A stretch of 64,000 nt of DNA from the NCBI GenBank assembly GCA_044892525.1, contig CM097885.1, positions 34,164,001 to 34,228,000 of the forward strand. The letters are read 5' to 3'. Within the stretch, counting starts at the first letter, position 1; each line of letters begins with the position of its first letter. The notes beneath the pieces were generated by a model that worked only from the letters and a program-made list of their open reading frames with translations, did not search any database and was not told the DNA's origin. Source of the DNA: Schmidtea polychroa. Taxonomy: Eukaryota. The translations under genes were made by a program, and so were the position numbers. Positions 15,556 to 29,900 of this stretch are shown here, in pieces.

Positions 15556-18500
15556 TATTATTATTATTATTATTATAAAGTTCACTAACTAGAATAATAC
15601 AAGTGATTTATGGCTGTTTATTGAATTTTCCGCAAATTTTTAAATAAACGAAATTTATTATTTAATTCATAATTCGTGTTTTTATTATATACAATAACTT
15701 AAAATATTTCTAAGTAATACACAAACTAGAAATATAATAAAACACCAGATTAAATAATTTAATTTACCATTGACTCCAATCGACTTCCTAAGTGTACACT
15801 TGATCGGCGATTCATGGGTAAATTTTCTTTGCATTCCGATTGAGTTCGTTTAAATTCTCGAATAGCAGACCTAGGACCTTGTTCCATAGCTCTATTTATT
15901 AACTGAAGTGGATTTAGAGTATTTTGAACTTGAAGAGGGTTAGCATCATCTTCTTCAGAGCTGTCTGAGTCCTAAGTTTGGTATTTCATTTTGAAATTTG
16001 TAAATAATTTAGTACTTTGGTGTCCTTATTTATTTCCATTATAATTTTATTTTGATTATCCAAACTCTTGCGCGAAGACTCTGTTGTACATCTACTTTCA
16101 CTAATAGGCTTTAGCAAATTTCTAGAATGACTTGTAACAACATTAACAGCATTGGCTACTCCTTGCGAATCCAAGGAATCCACAGGACATTTTTTATTTT
16201 GGTTGTTTGATGTATTTTTATCAAATGTATCTTCAGATGTAATTGTCATTTTTTTTGAACAAGATTCATCAACATTTTCTTCTATATCTTCATCATCTTC
16301 TTCAGGATCACCCTCGAAAAGATAATAGTCACCGGATCGAACCACTGAATTAAGTTGTATTTATCGAAATCTTTAATAATGAATCCAGCATTTTAAAACT
16401 ATCAAAGGTTTTGGTACTCAAAAATAAAATTTAATAATTTTCTTATTTAATACAATTAGTTTTTGTGAAATGTGAAAACTTTCGAAAAACTTGAAAATTT
16501 CAAAATCAAATGTTATCTTGTCACAAAATACCATTATAAGTCATAAATGGAAAATAAACGACTATATTAGCATTATAAACGACATTCTTAACTGATGTGC
16601 ATTTTTAACAAGTAAAAAGATATTTGAGTGTATAAATAAAAAACTTATTTTATATTACATTCTTTTTATGATTAATATTGAAAGTATTCATTATTAGTGA
16701 AATTAAATATTAAAAGCAATAAATAGTTGCCCACTTAGATGACAATATTGTTAAAATCCTAAAATTCCTTTTCTAAATACCATGTCAAGTTTCACTGACA
16801 GCGAAGACAATTTACACTCATATGACTCTTCATTTCCTCTACTAATTGCGCGATTTTGCGTTTCTTTCATTTGCGAGATTTTCTTAAGAATGTTTGAGTG
16901 GCGTCTTCTTATTATTAATAATATAGTTCAAATAAATATAGTTGACGTGTTTAGTAAGTGTTAAGGCGACCAATATTTTAAAAGACGATAAAAAACACAA
17001 GATTGATATCTAGTCAGTGACTGTTGAATTTGATAAAGAAGTTTCGAATTTATAGTTTTAAATATATTAATTTTGGGATGATGACTTCATGATCGATAAG
17101 ATAATGAAGCATTATGTGACTTCCAACATCAATTCAAATTTCGCTTATTTGTTTAGAGCATAATTAATTATTTTACCTTACTCCGTGCCCGAACAATGAT
17201 AGTAAATTCTAATATAATAAAATTCTATAATATCATTTACAATTTCGTTTATCTTCATTTCTTACAGAATAATAGATCAATGTTTTGTTTTCTATTTAAA
17301 ATAAACTTTCGCTACAACCTTGTTCAAATGGATTACGGAAATAATTTAGCCTTGGAATTAATTTGTTCCAGATTATTCATTATTTCCAAGGCTAAATTAT
17401 TTATACACTCCGTTCAAATATTTTATTATTTAGATATGATCAGCACAGTGATTTAGGTGTTTCAGAGAAAATTTATCAAAATAAAAGTTTATATTTTAAT
17501 GGGAATTTAATTTTAAAATGAATAAAAGCGTAATAAACCTAAATAATGTTCATTCAGTTCTGGTTTTCCGTGTTGAGCTTGGCGTTGAATGATTTTATCA
17601 ATTTTCTTTTTAATCTTATCCAAAACACATTCTTCTTTCAATTTTTGCTCCCGAATAGATGCCATCATTTTTCTATTAATTAAATATGCTCCTCTGAAGG
17701 TAGAGTTAAACATAATACAAATATATAAATACACCTAGAAGCAAATCTATTTTGAACATTGAGATCTAGCACAACATGACAAAAGTTTTTTGTCATAAAT
17801 ATCTTTCGTTGTAAGATTATAAAAAGGAAACAAGTGACATCCCAATGCAATCCGCTTTCGACTGAAGAGCAAGTATCTCCATGCACTAAAATCATTTAAA
17901 AAAACTCGTTCATTGATAAATATGAATAATCAACAAAATAGGTGGATTTTAACATAGTAAAAACTCATTAAATTTGAAGGAATTTATCAGAGATATCACA
18001 AACTAATAAAACTTATAGCTAAAATAGATAAATGATTACAGTACATTTCTCCACTACAATAAATTTTATTTTATTCAGGATGATACAAAACCCGATATAA
18101 AGAAATTATTTTAGGAATAACAAAGACAGATATCTTAACTGTGAAACAATACATTAAGAACATTTTATGGCTTTTACTTATGAGGAATAAGAAAATAAAC
18201 TAGAAATAATGATAAAATTAGTATTATAATACTTTAAGCGTTAAATTTTATTCTACAAGTTAATATTAGCTTTTTTCAATGCGAAATTTAATTTGGTGTC
18301 GGCCCACTGAAACACCCGCTATTTCCAATGTTTATAATGTGGGGTAATAGTTACTTCTGGTGATAAAATAAACTTCTAATGCATTATAATGTACTTTAAA
18401 TAATTTTTCTAAAATATGCTAATTTTTCAATCTTCTGGATTATGAAAAAAATTGTTTGAATTATAAAATAATTTTTTTTAAACCTACGTTTGAATGTTTT

Positions 18501-21500
18501 ATAATATGAATTATTTTAGCAGTAACAAATTTTCCGTTTTAAATTTTCTAAAATTTCAAAATAAAAACAATGAATTATTTAGCATATAATGACTGTTTCA
18601 TTTCGCGTTGGTGAATAATTTTTGAATAAATTTATTTAGCAGTAACCGTTATTATTAAAAGAAGTTAAACGGTTCTCGGATGATTTAAGTGACATTAGAT
18701 ATGATTTCTAACGATAGACTAATTTCAAGCAAATTTGAGTTTCATCAACACCATGTAGGAAACCCATTTCTAATCCAAATCAAGCCATAAAGAACTTGAC
18801 CTCTCAACCACCCAGCCTCTTCTAATAACGCATTTTTACCGCTCTTATCAACAATATAAATATATTTGACATCTTTCAAATTAATGGTAAATTAAGCAAT
18901 GGAATCAACAATAGTAAGTTATAATTGAATGACATCAAATAGTTGTCGAATGACTAACTTGGCTAAAATAGTTTGGTTTGAAGTTAAAAATTCAGTCAAA
19001 ATCTTCTTTTAATACTCGAGCCATTTTTCAAAATTCAAAATGTTTCGGGGGCCGCAAACAAATATACGTATTCAAAAGATATGCAAAAAAATTATAGATT
19101 AAAATTATATTCGTAGCAAATTTGATACAAATTATTTTGATGGGTCATCTTTTTTAGCTTGGACGAAAACAAAATTTGTTGCATTTATTCTTTATATTTG
19201 TGATGAGTAATTTAAAAGACACTTTGAGACACATACTCAATGACAATAATTATTAAATATAATGAAAAAATAAAAAGCGAATCAAGTACATTTATCAGGA
19301 GTCACAAATAAACCTTCAAAAAGCCGCATGCGGCTCACGAGCCACAGGTTGGCCTCCCCTGTTATATATCAATATTAGTTTTATATCTAACACAGATTCT
19401 TTAAGTTTATTTTCAAGTGTTACTTTATAGATAATATTTAAGTTCCTGTTGGTGATTAAATTATAAATTTTAGACCAAATAGATAGAATTCAGAAGTTAT
19501 TTGCAATTCCAGACTTGATTAAGATTTAAGTTGGACAAGTTTCTCAGAACATGTTCAATTAGATAACAGAATCCCATTATAATTTTCAGAATATTTTTTA
19601 GTAATAAAAATGAAATTGGATATTTAAACTGCATTATTAATTGTGTATACCAAGAGGTTATATTTTGAAGTAGTCATTTAATTATAAAAGTATTTATATA
19701 ATTGACATAGAATACCAAAGGTTATTTTCAATTTCGAGATAGTACTTGCATAAGGTGTGTTCAAAAAAAAACTTCAAAACTGCTCTACTTTTTTATTTTA
19801 CCATATATCATGATGAAATTTGAAACAAAATAAAAAAAACATTAACCAGAAATATTTTTTGAGATGATTCCAGAAACTCTCAAAAGTACGAATTTTAAAT
19901 GCACATGGATGGTTGATGGCTTTTCGAAAGTTACATTGCAGTAGGAGAGGTCTGGTAAGAATATGTAATATCCCCTGGTGTAATACTAATAAAGAAATGG
20001 TAAGAGGTGCAGCTGCAGACATTCTTCGATGTAAATGGAGGCCTCAGAATGGGATTTTCGGACCAACAACGAGGACAATCCACGCCTTAACACTGCATCA
20101 CACGCCAATACTTGCCAGCAAAGTTTTCATGGAATATGAGGCATTTCTCTCATGTGGCTAGTTTCATGAGGATTTGACCTACCCTTCCACCAGGCTTTTT
20201 GACGAAATTTTAGAGTACTATCATGTCTTTCTATCTCACTAATTTTAGATAATTTAAAATATGGATATTGAAAAAGATTTTTGACAATGACAAATACTAT
20301 CAAAGTTTTATTTTAAGCAACTAAAAGATTTTAATTTTATATCTTTTAATTATGCCATATACAGTAATACCTCGTACAATGCTCTATATGCGTTCCTGGA
20401 AATTGAAAACAGACTATAGGAGGCAAGAAACTCAACTTTAGGGGTTATGTTACTTCTGTGTCAAATAAATACCATTTTTTATTATTTTTAATTCATTTTT
20501 AATCAATAAATGGAAGGTACATACATTTAATTCAGTTCAATATATATTTCAAAATAAAAATATTCGATACTTCTTCAATAAATAAGTTTTCTTTATGTAA
20601 ATTAAATAAATATGTATGTATCAAAAACATAAAATAATAACATGATGAAATTCAAAATAGAAAAACTAAATTAAATTCTACATATTCCGTAAGAAAAACT
20701 GGTCTAATTTAGACTGTTGCCGATTCGGTTGTTTCTCTTTTAAAATTTCAGTGTACAGAGTAAAACTTTTTGAAACATCTCTCTTAATAAAATCAGCGCG
20801 TTCAGAATCAGGGTCATTGTCAGTTAGAACATTTAAAGCTTTGGCAATTATTTCTAAATTTTCTTGTAAAACTTTTTTTGTCAATTTCTTTGGCGACTCT
20901 AAATTTCTTGAATTTTTTGTTAAATCTTTCACACTTTCTTTCCGTCCCGACATTATTGATAAGAAATTATTTAGTTATTTAAAAAAAATAAATAGGAACA
21001 TTTCAACAAGAAACACTGATAAACTGTTTAATTTTTGTTTCTAAAAAATTCAAATGATTTATGTGAATCCCCAAAATATAAACAAAAATGTATGGAAATT
21101 TGAAATAAAATACATAGAAATCAATTTTACTATATATGTATATGTATTCTTTTTAATGATTTTTTCATATCAAAAATTTTTTTGAGCGTTAAAACGAAAC
21201 AGTGTTGTAAGAGGGAGCGTTATACGAGATTTTACTGTAGTTCATTCACGATTCATTACGGCAGGAAGCAGTGGCCACCCATAACTGCTTACTCCACAGT
21301 TAAAGAAATGTTTTCCAATGCCAAAGTAATATTACATAGTGACAGTAGACAAAGTAAAAGTATGACTCAATTATTGAATCGACCAAAGTAAAATTACCTC
21401 CAATTCACATAAAGATGGGCTTAATGAAAAATTTCCTACCAGCTATAAATAAAATGGAACTGAGTTTAAGTATCTCAAGTTCCAATTCTCTAAGATTTCT

Positions 21501-23909
21501 GATGCAAAACTTAAGGCAGGTATATTTATTGGACCTCAGACCTGCAAGGTATTGTATAATCATAGATTATCTGATGTCAAAATTGTACTAGGATTATAGG
21601 ATTAAATGGCATGGACAAAATGAATATAAAAAAACGAACTAGACTGATAGATAAGCAATAAAAATACATTTTAATAAATATCATGTCCAATATCATTTTG
21701 TCCTAGAACGTTTTTGAATCCTGTGCCCTTTTCAAGTTATAAAGAAGTTTTTGTTGCCAAGTATTTCTCAAAAAAATTATATTTACAGATGAAACAAGTA
21801 TTGTGTATTTTATTTTAGTCATTACTATTGAACTTAAAATGCTTTTTTAGAAATACAACAGTTTAATATAATAACTAAAACCTATTAGTTATATGATATT
21901 TTTGATTAAGATCAAAAATAAATTATTAGTCCATATAACAAAAAATTGTATTATAGAAAATAACAATGTGGATGGGACAATTTAAAAATTATTAGTTAAA
22001 CACAGATGACGGTTGTGAGGAAATACGATTAGAAAAATCTCAAATTTATGTATTGCGAAATGCAGTGTATAATATAATATTTCATAATTTCAAATTTACT
22101 TTGGTTAATAGCTATCATACTTCTATCCCAAGACATTGGATTGATGCATTGAACACCAAATAAAGGAATCATCCAACAGAATTTTTTGCTTATCATCCAA
22201 TCCATATAAGCGCATCCAATTAATTGAAGAGTACATTTTGAAAGGATAACGAAAAAATTGTAATAGATAATAACATTCCAACTAATACATAGCATTAATA
22301 TTGCATAGAGAAATCACTAAAAAATACGATGCAATGAGATTGCTTCTTTTGCGTAGCATGATATTTTGGCCCATCCATAGATAAATAAATGCCAAAATCA
22401 TATAACCCAGACAAAATAAAGTTATCCAAAAAACACCCGTTGTAAAAACAATTGCCAAACTGAGCCAATATGACCAATAAAATATTGCATGTTTCAAATA
22501 ATCAACGTAGGAACTAAAAACATTATCGTTTAAAAGAATTAAAAAATATAACGATAATGGAAAAATATCCAAATTTCATTCAGTCAAATAAATATCTCCT
22601 TAAAAGCACGAATTATATTAATTTGGATATTTTCCATTTTTTTTATTAAAAATTTAAAAAATTTTTAATTCATAATTATTAATATGAAAATTTCAAATAA
22701 TAAATCAGAATAGATAATAATACTCTTTAGTGCTGACAAAATCTTTATCGATAGTCTTTGGCAATTCATTGCAGAGAATGGGTCTGTTCTTTCCACCACC
22801 ATAATTATTAACCGTTACTGAATTTTCAATTATAAATACTCTGTACTGAAGAGCCACAAATACAAATTGAAAGAAGTCCGCTAAATTTAACAATGTTAGA
22901 ATTTGGTGAATAATAATAATTGTAAATTAATTAGTAATTTATTGTTAATAATTTATTTTAAGTTAGACGTAAATTTTACCCATTATTTTTTTAGCAGAAG
23001 GGGGATATTCATAACTTGGTAAAAATAGCCATCTTTGAAGATTTTCTTTAAGGCTTGTAAATGGATACTCTAAAATGTAATAGTGAAGAAAATTCGTAAA
23101 AGATGAGTCTTTATTATTAAAGACATACTTTTACAGAGTCCTGGCGGCAGTCCAACATAAATAGCATATTCAATTGGAAGTAAAACGCCTAAAAATAGCA
23201 TATATGGCAACCAAATTTTGGAACATATTCTCCTTTGCGTACACAGGAAAATGAGAAGTAATATTAAATAAACGAGTGAATAAACATCAACTCGTAAACA
23301 TGCAACGATAACCGTGACAATAAAACTCAGCTAGTGAATATGAAATAATTTAAATATTTATGAAACAATTTACTTCAAGTCCAAGTTTGTAGAAAGCAAA
23401 ATTTATGCAGAATTTAAATAAGTTTATTAAACTATCATCGATGCTTTGTACGGTAGTTTCAGGGAAAATAATTCCAGTTTCGGGTTTTGTTGCATTTGGA
23501 CATTTATAAAATTGCCGTTGATGATATTTTACGACGTGCCACAGAGCACAAACAACTAATACAGCAGTCCATTTCTTGATGAAATGCCAACAAAATTTAT
23601 TTAATAATAAATAAATTTTACTAACCCAAATATGGTCTTGAAAGTTATTTACTTTTTCTAATCCTATCCATTTTGCATTATCAATTTGATCCATTGATTT
23701 GTTAAAATTTGTTGTCTAAATAAATATTTCAAATGAAATATAAGTTCTAAAATATAAAAATTTTAATATAAATTTTTTTCTAATAATTACACGTGTCTTC
23801 ACTTCTGGTTAAATATATAAGATTTACTTAATTTTAAATTTGTCAGTGTATTGATCTAAAGTGCCAAAAATTGAGACAATTCTATAATAATCATAATAAA
23901 AATAGTATT

Positions 23910-23948
<39 letters not shown>

Positions 23949-26900
23949 TTCATATTACAGGAAACCCTCGATTAACGCGGTTAATTGGTTCCCAAAAAAC
24001 GACGTTTTAATCAAAACCGCGTTATTTGAAGTTAATAAGCAATGTGAATAATTATAATTCGTTCCAAGTCCTTCAGAATAGCAACCAACATTTCTTTAAA
24101 TACAATTTTTATCGCTATTTAGCGTACCATAGATTATAAACGAAGGATAATAATATATATTTGCGGCAATTTAATTCGGACAGTAAATAAAGTAAAAAAA
24201 CAGTAAATAAAGCATTAAGTATCCACTAACTTATTCATATTTGGTAGCAATTAAAACATATTTTTCTGTGAGGTAATTGTTGTTGAAAAATCAGAAGTAT
24301 TTAACATACGGGCAATAAGTAATTCCTTTAAACTTGTGCTAATGATCATTGATAATAAAGAGTTTAGCATAGATTATTTATTTATTTATTACTATATTAA
24401 AATGATATGCATATTATTCATTAATTTATTTAATAATTGAAAAATAGATATTGAAAGAAAGTATAAAAACTTACAAAAGCGGAACAATTTGTTGACCAAT
24501 TGAATTTATTAACCGTTTTCAGTTGGTAGATCATTTTCATCAAAACCGTCAATGAGCACCAAAAGAATGATCCGGTAACTAACATTGTATGGAGCTTATG
24601 AAAGGGAAATCCAACAACAACCATTATAATCAATATTGTGTTACAGGCATTTTCCTAACAATTATAGTTTAAATATTTAAAAATATAAAAAGTGATTTAT
24701 ACAACATTTTTAATGTGTAATTCCACGCCTTTTAGTTGATTTTATTTATATTTCTCTCGTGTATGAATCACTGTATTAAAATCATTATTTATTTGAAGAC
24801 TTTTGTCTTAAAATTTTCTTGTGGTTTACATTAAATATTTACAATGGGATTTTTTTTGAATCTCAAATCTGAAACTTCTTTTTGCACGCAAAGAATTTCG
24901 GAATTATTTATTACGAAAAATTATCAAAATAACTTACTCAAATTTTCCTGATTATTGCACATATTTTATGCTTTTTTATTATTATTATTTTCATATTTAT
25001 ATGTAAATCGCTTATTAATATTAAAAATCAACAATGCATGTAACAAAAACAATACTTAGTAACTATTGAATAGATTATTCTTATTTACTTTACTTGTGGA
25101 TGCTATTTTAAAATAAATTTTAAAAGGAAACTAATTAATCAATTCGGTGAAAATAATCAATAGTCTCAATAAAGGTAAATAACATCCAAATATCTAATGA
25201 AATAATTTTGATAAATATATCATATGGTCAAATTAAAGTCATGCTGGGTTTGAGATGAAAATCAAATTTTGTTGCATATTTCATATTAAATCGGTTGAAG
25301 TAGAACAATTTTCTATATTCGAAAATTTATTAAGTGATCGGAGTGAATTTTCCCGATAAAAACATGAAAAAATAAGTTTAAGTTCTTGAAAATCCTGGTT
25401 CAAATTATTAGCTACGACTGATCATTAGTATTTTTAAAGACTACAAATTTTAATTTATGACGCATTTTTAACTTCTTTTTTTTTGCCATAGACAAAATCA
25501 ATACTTAGCAATTATGATGAATATATTCGCAATGTAGAAATTTAAGTGAATCTCTTTGAACTGGACTTATGTCTTTGCATTTTTGTATTTCTATCGTTAG
25601 ATAATGTCAGAAACTTGTATTTTGCATTATGGTTCATGGCTTGCGGTGCGCTGAAAAAGTTAAAAATAATTTTAAAAAAATGTATTTATTAAAAAGCCTG
25701 AATACTATGAATCAGTAAATATATCGATTTTTTTTGAATTTCACAATTGTGAATATCAAAAACATCGATATATTTACTGATTCATAGTATTCAGGCTTTT
25801 TAATAAATACAATGGAAAAGAAATCAGTCGTGAAATTTGAATAAAAAAGTTCTTATAATTCTTAAAAAAATTTGTAATTTAATAAAAATGAACAATATTT
25901 TATCAATATCGATAATATAAAACTAGTGCCAAAATCTTTAAAAAATAAATGTAATACTAACTTCATTTATACATGCAGAAACAATTGAGAATACGACAAT
26001 TTTCGTAAAGTGACATTCGAAAAATCGCCAAACTTTCGCATATATAACTTCAAAAAATTGTTTCAACTTCTCTATAATGATTTGAAAGGCACTGTTGACA
26101 TCTTCAATGAACGCTAAAGAAGAAAAAATAAAACTAATGTGAATAAAATATGACAAATTTTTAAACAGATTGTTAAATTCAATTATTTAATCGGAAATAA
26201 CTTTTAATAGCAAAAAAAAATTAATAGCAAATCGTAGAAGCTTATTATACAAATCGCCAACAGACATGCCAAATGTACTATAAATATATTATTTCTCTAG
26301 CAATTGCAATTTATTTGACAAATTTCTTTGAATTTAATTTGTGTTTATTCATTATCATACAATTATGATACAAAGTGTATATTTACCAGAAACATTTGAT
26401 GTAGAAGAACTTGATGTTGAAATATTTAAATTATCTTCAAATTGACCAACTTCTCTGCTATCGCCATACCTAAAAAAATTAGTGGAGGTAAATAACTCCT
26501 AAAAAATATTTAATAATAATAATATTAAACAAGTGAATGATAATATAAGCCTTTTGCTGCAAAGTACCGTATATTTCGGCATATAAGGCGACCGTCAGAT
26601 AAGACGAGGTACAAAATTAGAGCAAATTTTTATGATTTATCATATATCGGTTGTAGTAGTATAAATACAACTACCTGTACTGCAATACTTTCTTTTATAT
26701 CGGTTGTATAAGACGACCCACAATTTTCAAGGGTGATTTTTTGACTTTAAGGGTCGTCTTATACGCCGAAATATACGGTATATATAGAATAAAATGAAAT
26801 AATTTTCGATTATAAAAATAATCCTTATCAATTTCCATTTTTTTTTCCATTTTCCACTCTGATTTATTTTCAATTGGCAATGTATTTATAAAAAAAATTG

Positions 26901-29900
26901 ACTATGAATCAGTAAAAATATAAAAAAACATCGATATCTTTACTTATTCATAGTCAATTTTTTTATCAAATTATTTCATTTTATTCAATATATATATTTT
27001 GCACCAAAAGGCTTATATTATCATTTAATTTTATAACATTTAACATTGCCTCTTTAAATCTGACATTTTTCTTTTGGATGTTTCCATTGACTTAAATTTC
27101 TTGATAGCAGCATTAATTAAATGTTTAAAAATTAAATGATAATTTAATGCTTTTGCTGCGAAGTATATATTTAATAAAATGAAAGAATTCTCAACTATAA
27201 AAATAGTCCTTTTCAATTTCCTGGTATTTAGTTGTTTCAATTTTCAACTGCTTTTTGATCTTCTATTTTATTTCCATTTTCTTTATTATCATTGGTTAAA
27301 AATAAACTAAATCTAAATAAAACTTTGAAGAATTTAAAATTGTTTTAATTAAATTTCCTCTAAAATTCAGAGGATTTTTTAATTTTTAAAGCTTCTATAA
27401 CAATACATAAACATTTATTTTAATAAATAATATAAAATATTAAAAAATACGTTTCTAATAACTATTTACATACGCAATTTAAAAATGTTGCTGATGAATA
27501 GAATATTCAGATAAAAATAATTATTTTTTTGTGTTGTCTCCCTAGTTCTTTTTTGGGTATAATTCATTCTTTCAATGTCCTTATTGTGATATCCGTTTAT
27601 GTGTAGGACTTTATTGAAGTTTAATTGCTGTTTATAGTCCAGTACTTATTTTCTTCAGTACATCGATTGTCTATCCTTTGTTTCTCGTTTTTTATGACAT
27701 TTACTTTCTGTAAGTATGGCAGCGCTGATCTTGGGTGCATAAATACTTCTTTGTGAGCTGGATTTTTTGTAGAATTCTTAGGTTTGAGTATCTACTTCTG
27801 TTTTAATTTTTAGGTTCAGTAGAGAGGGGGGTCCATTTTCTTCCTGTTATTCAATTTCAAACTTAATATATCGGTGAGCCGCAATAAATATATAAAATAT
27901 TTCTTCCGCTTCTTTTCTGCTCTTGGTCGTGATAAAAAGTTTTATTTAGATTTAGTTTATAACCAGTGAGAAGTAAGAAAAATGAAATAAAAGAGAAGAT
28001 GAAAAAGCATTTGAAAATTATTTCATTTTATTAAATATATACTTCGCAGCAAAATGCTTAAATTATCATTTAATTAGACATAATAATAATAAATACTATT
28101 TGTAAAAAATGAAATAATAATTAAAATGAAAATACAAATACAAAATACTTAAAATCTCACAGAAATCTATTCATCGAAGACAATTTAAGAAATGGTTTGT
28201 GGAAATATCGAACTTGGACAATAATTACAACAAGAAAGACAACTGGTGTCAGAAGACCTTTAAATAGATCAGATGCTTCATATGTTTTCAATCCTATGTC
28301 TTGTAAACTGAAAAAAATTAATTTTAAAAATAAAATAGCATTATTTTTCTAGATTAAAATTTAATAAAAAGAAATATATCAAGGAAATTAATTAAAGTTT
28401 TTAAAAACATACATTTCTTCAGATAATCCAGTTTTATTTTTCCAAAGGTATGGGAATTGATTAAATTGATATGTGTAAATGCACAGAAGAACAATGACAC
28501 TGTAGACAATAACAAACCACCAGAAGACATACATCTGCTTTCTCCAGAATGAATACGAAAACTGAAAATTATTAAACTCTGAATAAATTTTGTTCTGTTC
28601 TATTTACCATAAATGTCATAAGGAAATAGACTAGCAAAAGCATATAAACTATTCGAAATACAACTACCGGTTCTTGGATAGATACAAATAGCATTGCAAA
28701 GCAGCAGACAAGAATCCAATATTTTTCACAAATTCCATTTAAAAAGGATACTATATAATAATATCAAATTTTATAAATTTCCAAATTGTAGTAAATACCA
28801 ATTTTTTTATAGATCATATTGTCGACATTGCCAAAATAGGCTTCAGAATCTGCATTGCTACTTTGGTCAAATTTTGAATCATTCAAAATCTCATTTTGCT
28901 TTGATGCATTCAACAGGGTCTCAGTCATAAAAAGACGCAAAGTCAGCCAAAATATAACCAAGAAACTAGTCTTAATAACAAATGGGTATTTTAAAACTTA
29001 GTATAAAAAAATTTAGTTAAAAATTAAATAATCGTACATAATGCAATACACAAATTAGAAAAGAGAACCAAACAATATCGTCATGCTTTAAATTGCATTT
29101 AACAATTTGAAATAGATGGACCAGAAATTTGGCAACATTAAATTGTAAAATTGATTTATAGAAATCACTTTTAGACAGGGAAATATTCGAGAAACATAAG
29201 GTATGAATAAAGTGAAGCTTGGAATTAAATTTTCAATATCTCATGATTATTGCATCAAACTATTGAAATTTTCGCATTACTGATAAATTTTTTAAATAAA
29301 TTATATTTTTAATAACTCACTTTACTTTTGCTTCTTTGTTAGTCATGGAAAGTTGCAATGTGACACTAGAAAAAACTCTAAAATTGCTTATTTTTATAAT
29401 TAAAAAATCCCGTAATAATGCCCATATTTTTTACTAGTGTTGTGTATACTTAATGTTAGCATTTTATCTTTCTTCCATTCTATAGTAAATGCCCATAATA
29501 ATTTTTACACCAATTTAAATCGAGAAACGAAGCATCAAAAGAGATAATTTAAAATTGAAATTAATTCTTTCTAAGTATTCAGAAAATGGTTTAAATATTG
29601 ATCGAAATCGTGGAAGAAAGAGAAAATTACTATAATCATATAAAAATTTATTTGTGAATGAATTTTAGAATTCCTTTAAAAACCTGATTTAAATAAAAAT
29701 TTAATAAATCATACTGCTTTTGAAAGTTAATCATTAATAATGGTGTCATTACATAATTACGTCATGCCAAAAATGACCATTTTTGACCCACCCATCCGCC
29801 AATTCATGTTTGGTCACATTTCTGTTGATCCACCAACTCAACCACATAGTGACGTCATTTTATTGTTTACGAAATGAGGGTAGCCTAGTGGTACTACACG

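Noticed and set aside
15373..15585. ORFs over microsatellites (also 34417-34744 and 40755-41098)
   Set aside because: Translations of (AAT)n or (TA)n tracts.
19750..20280. Mariner element (TIR-like taaggtgtgttcaaaa, weak DN.R..TA peptide) and ORFs 19798/19913
   Set aside because: Too degenerate; no second TIR or convincing motif, so not listed as a feature.
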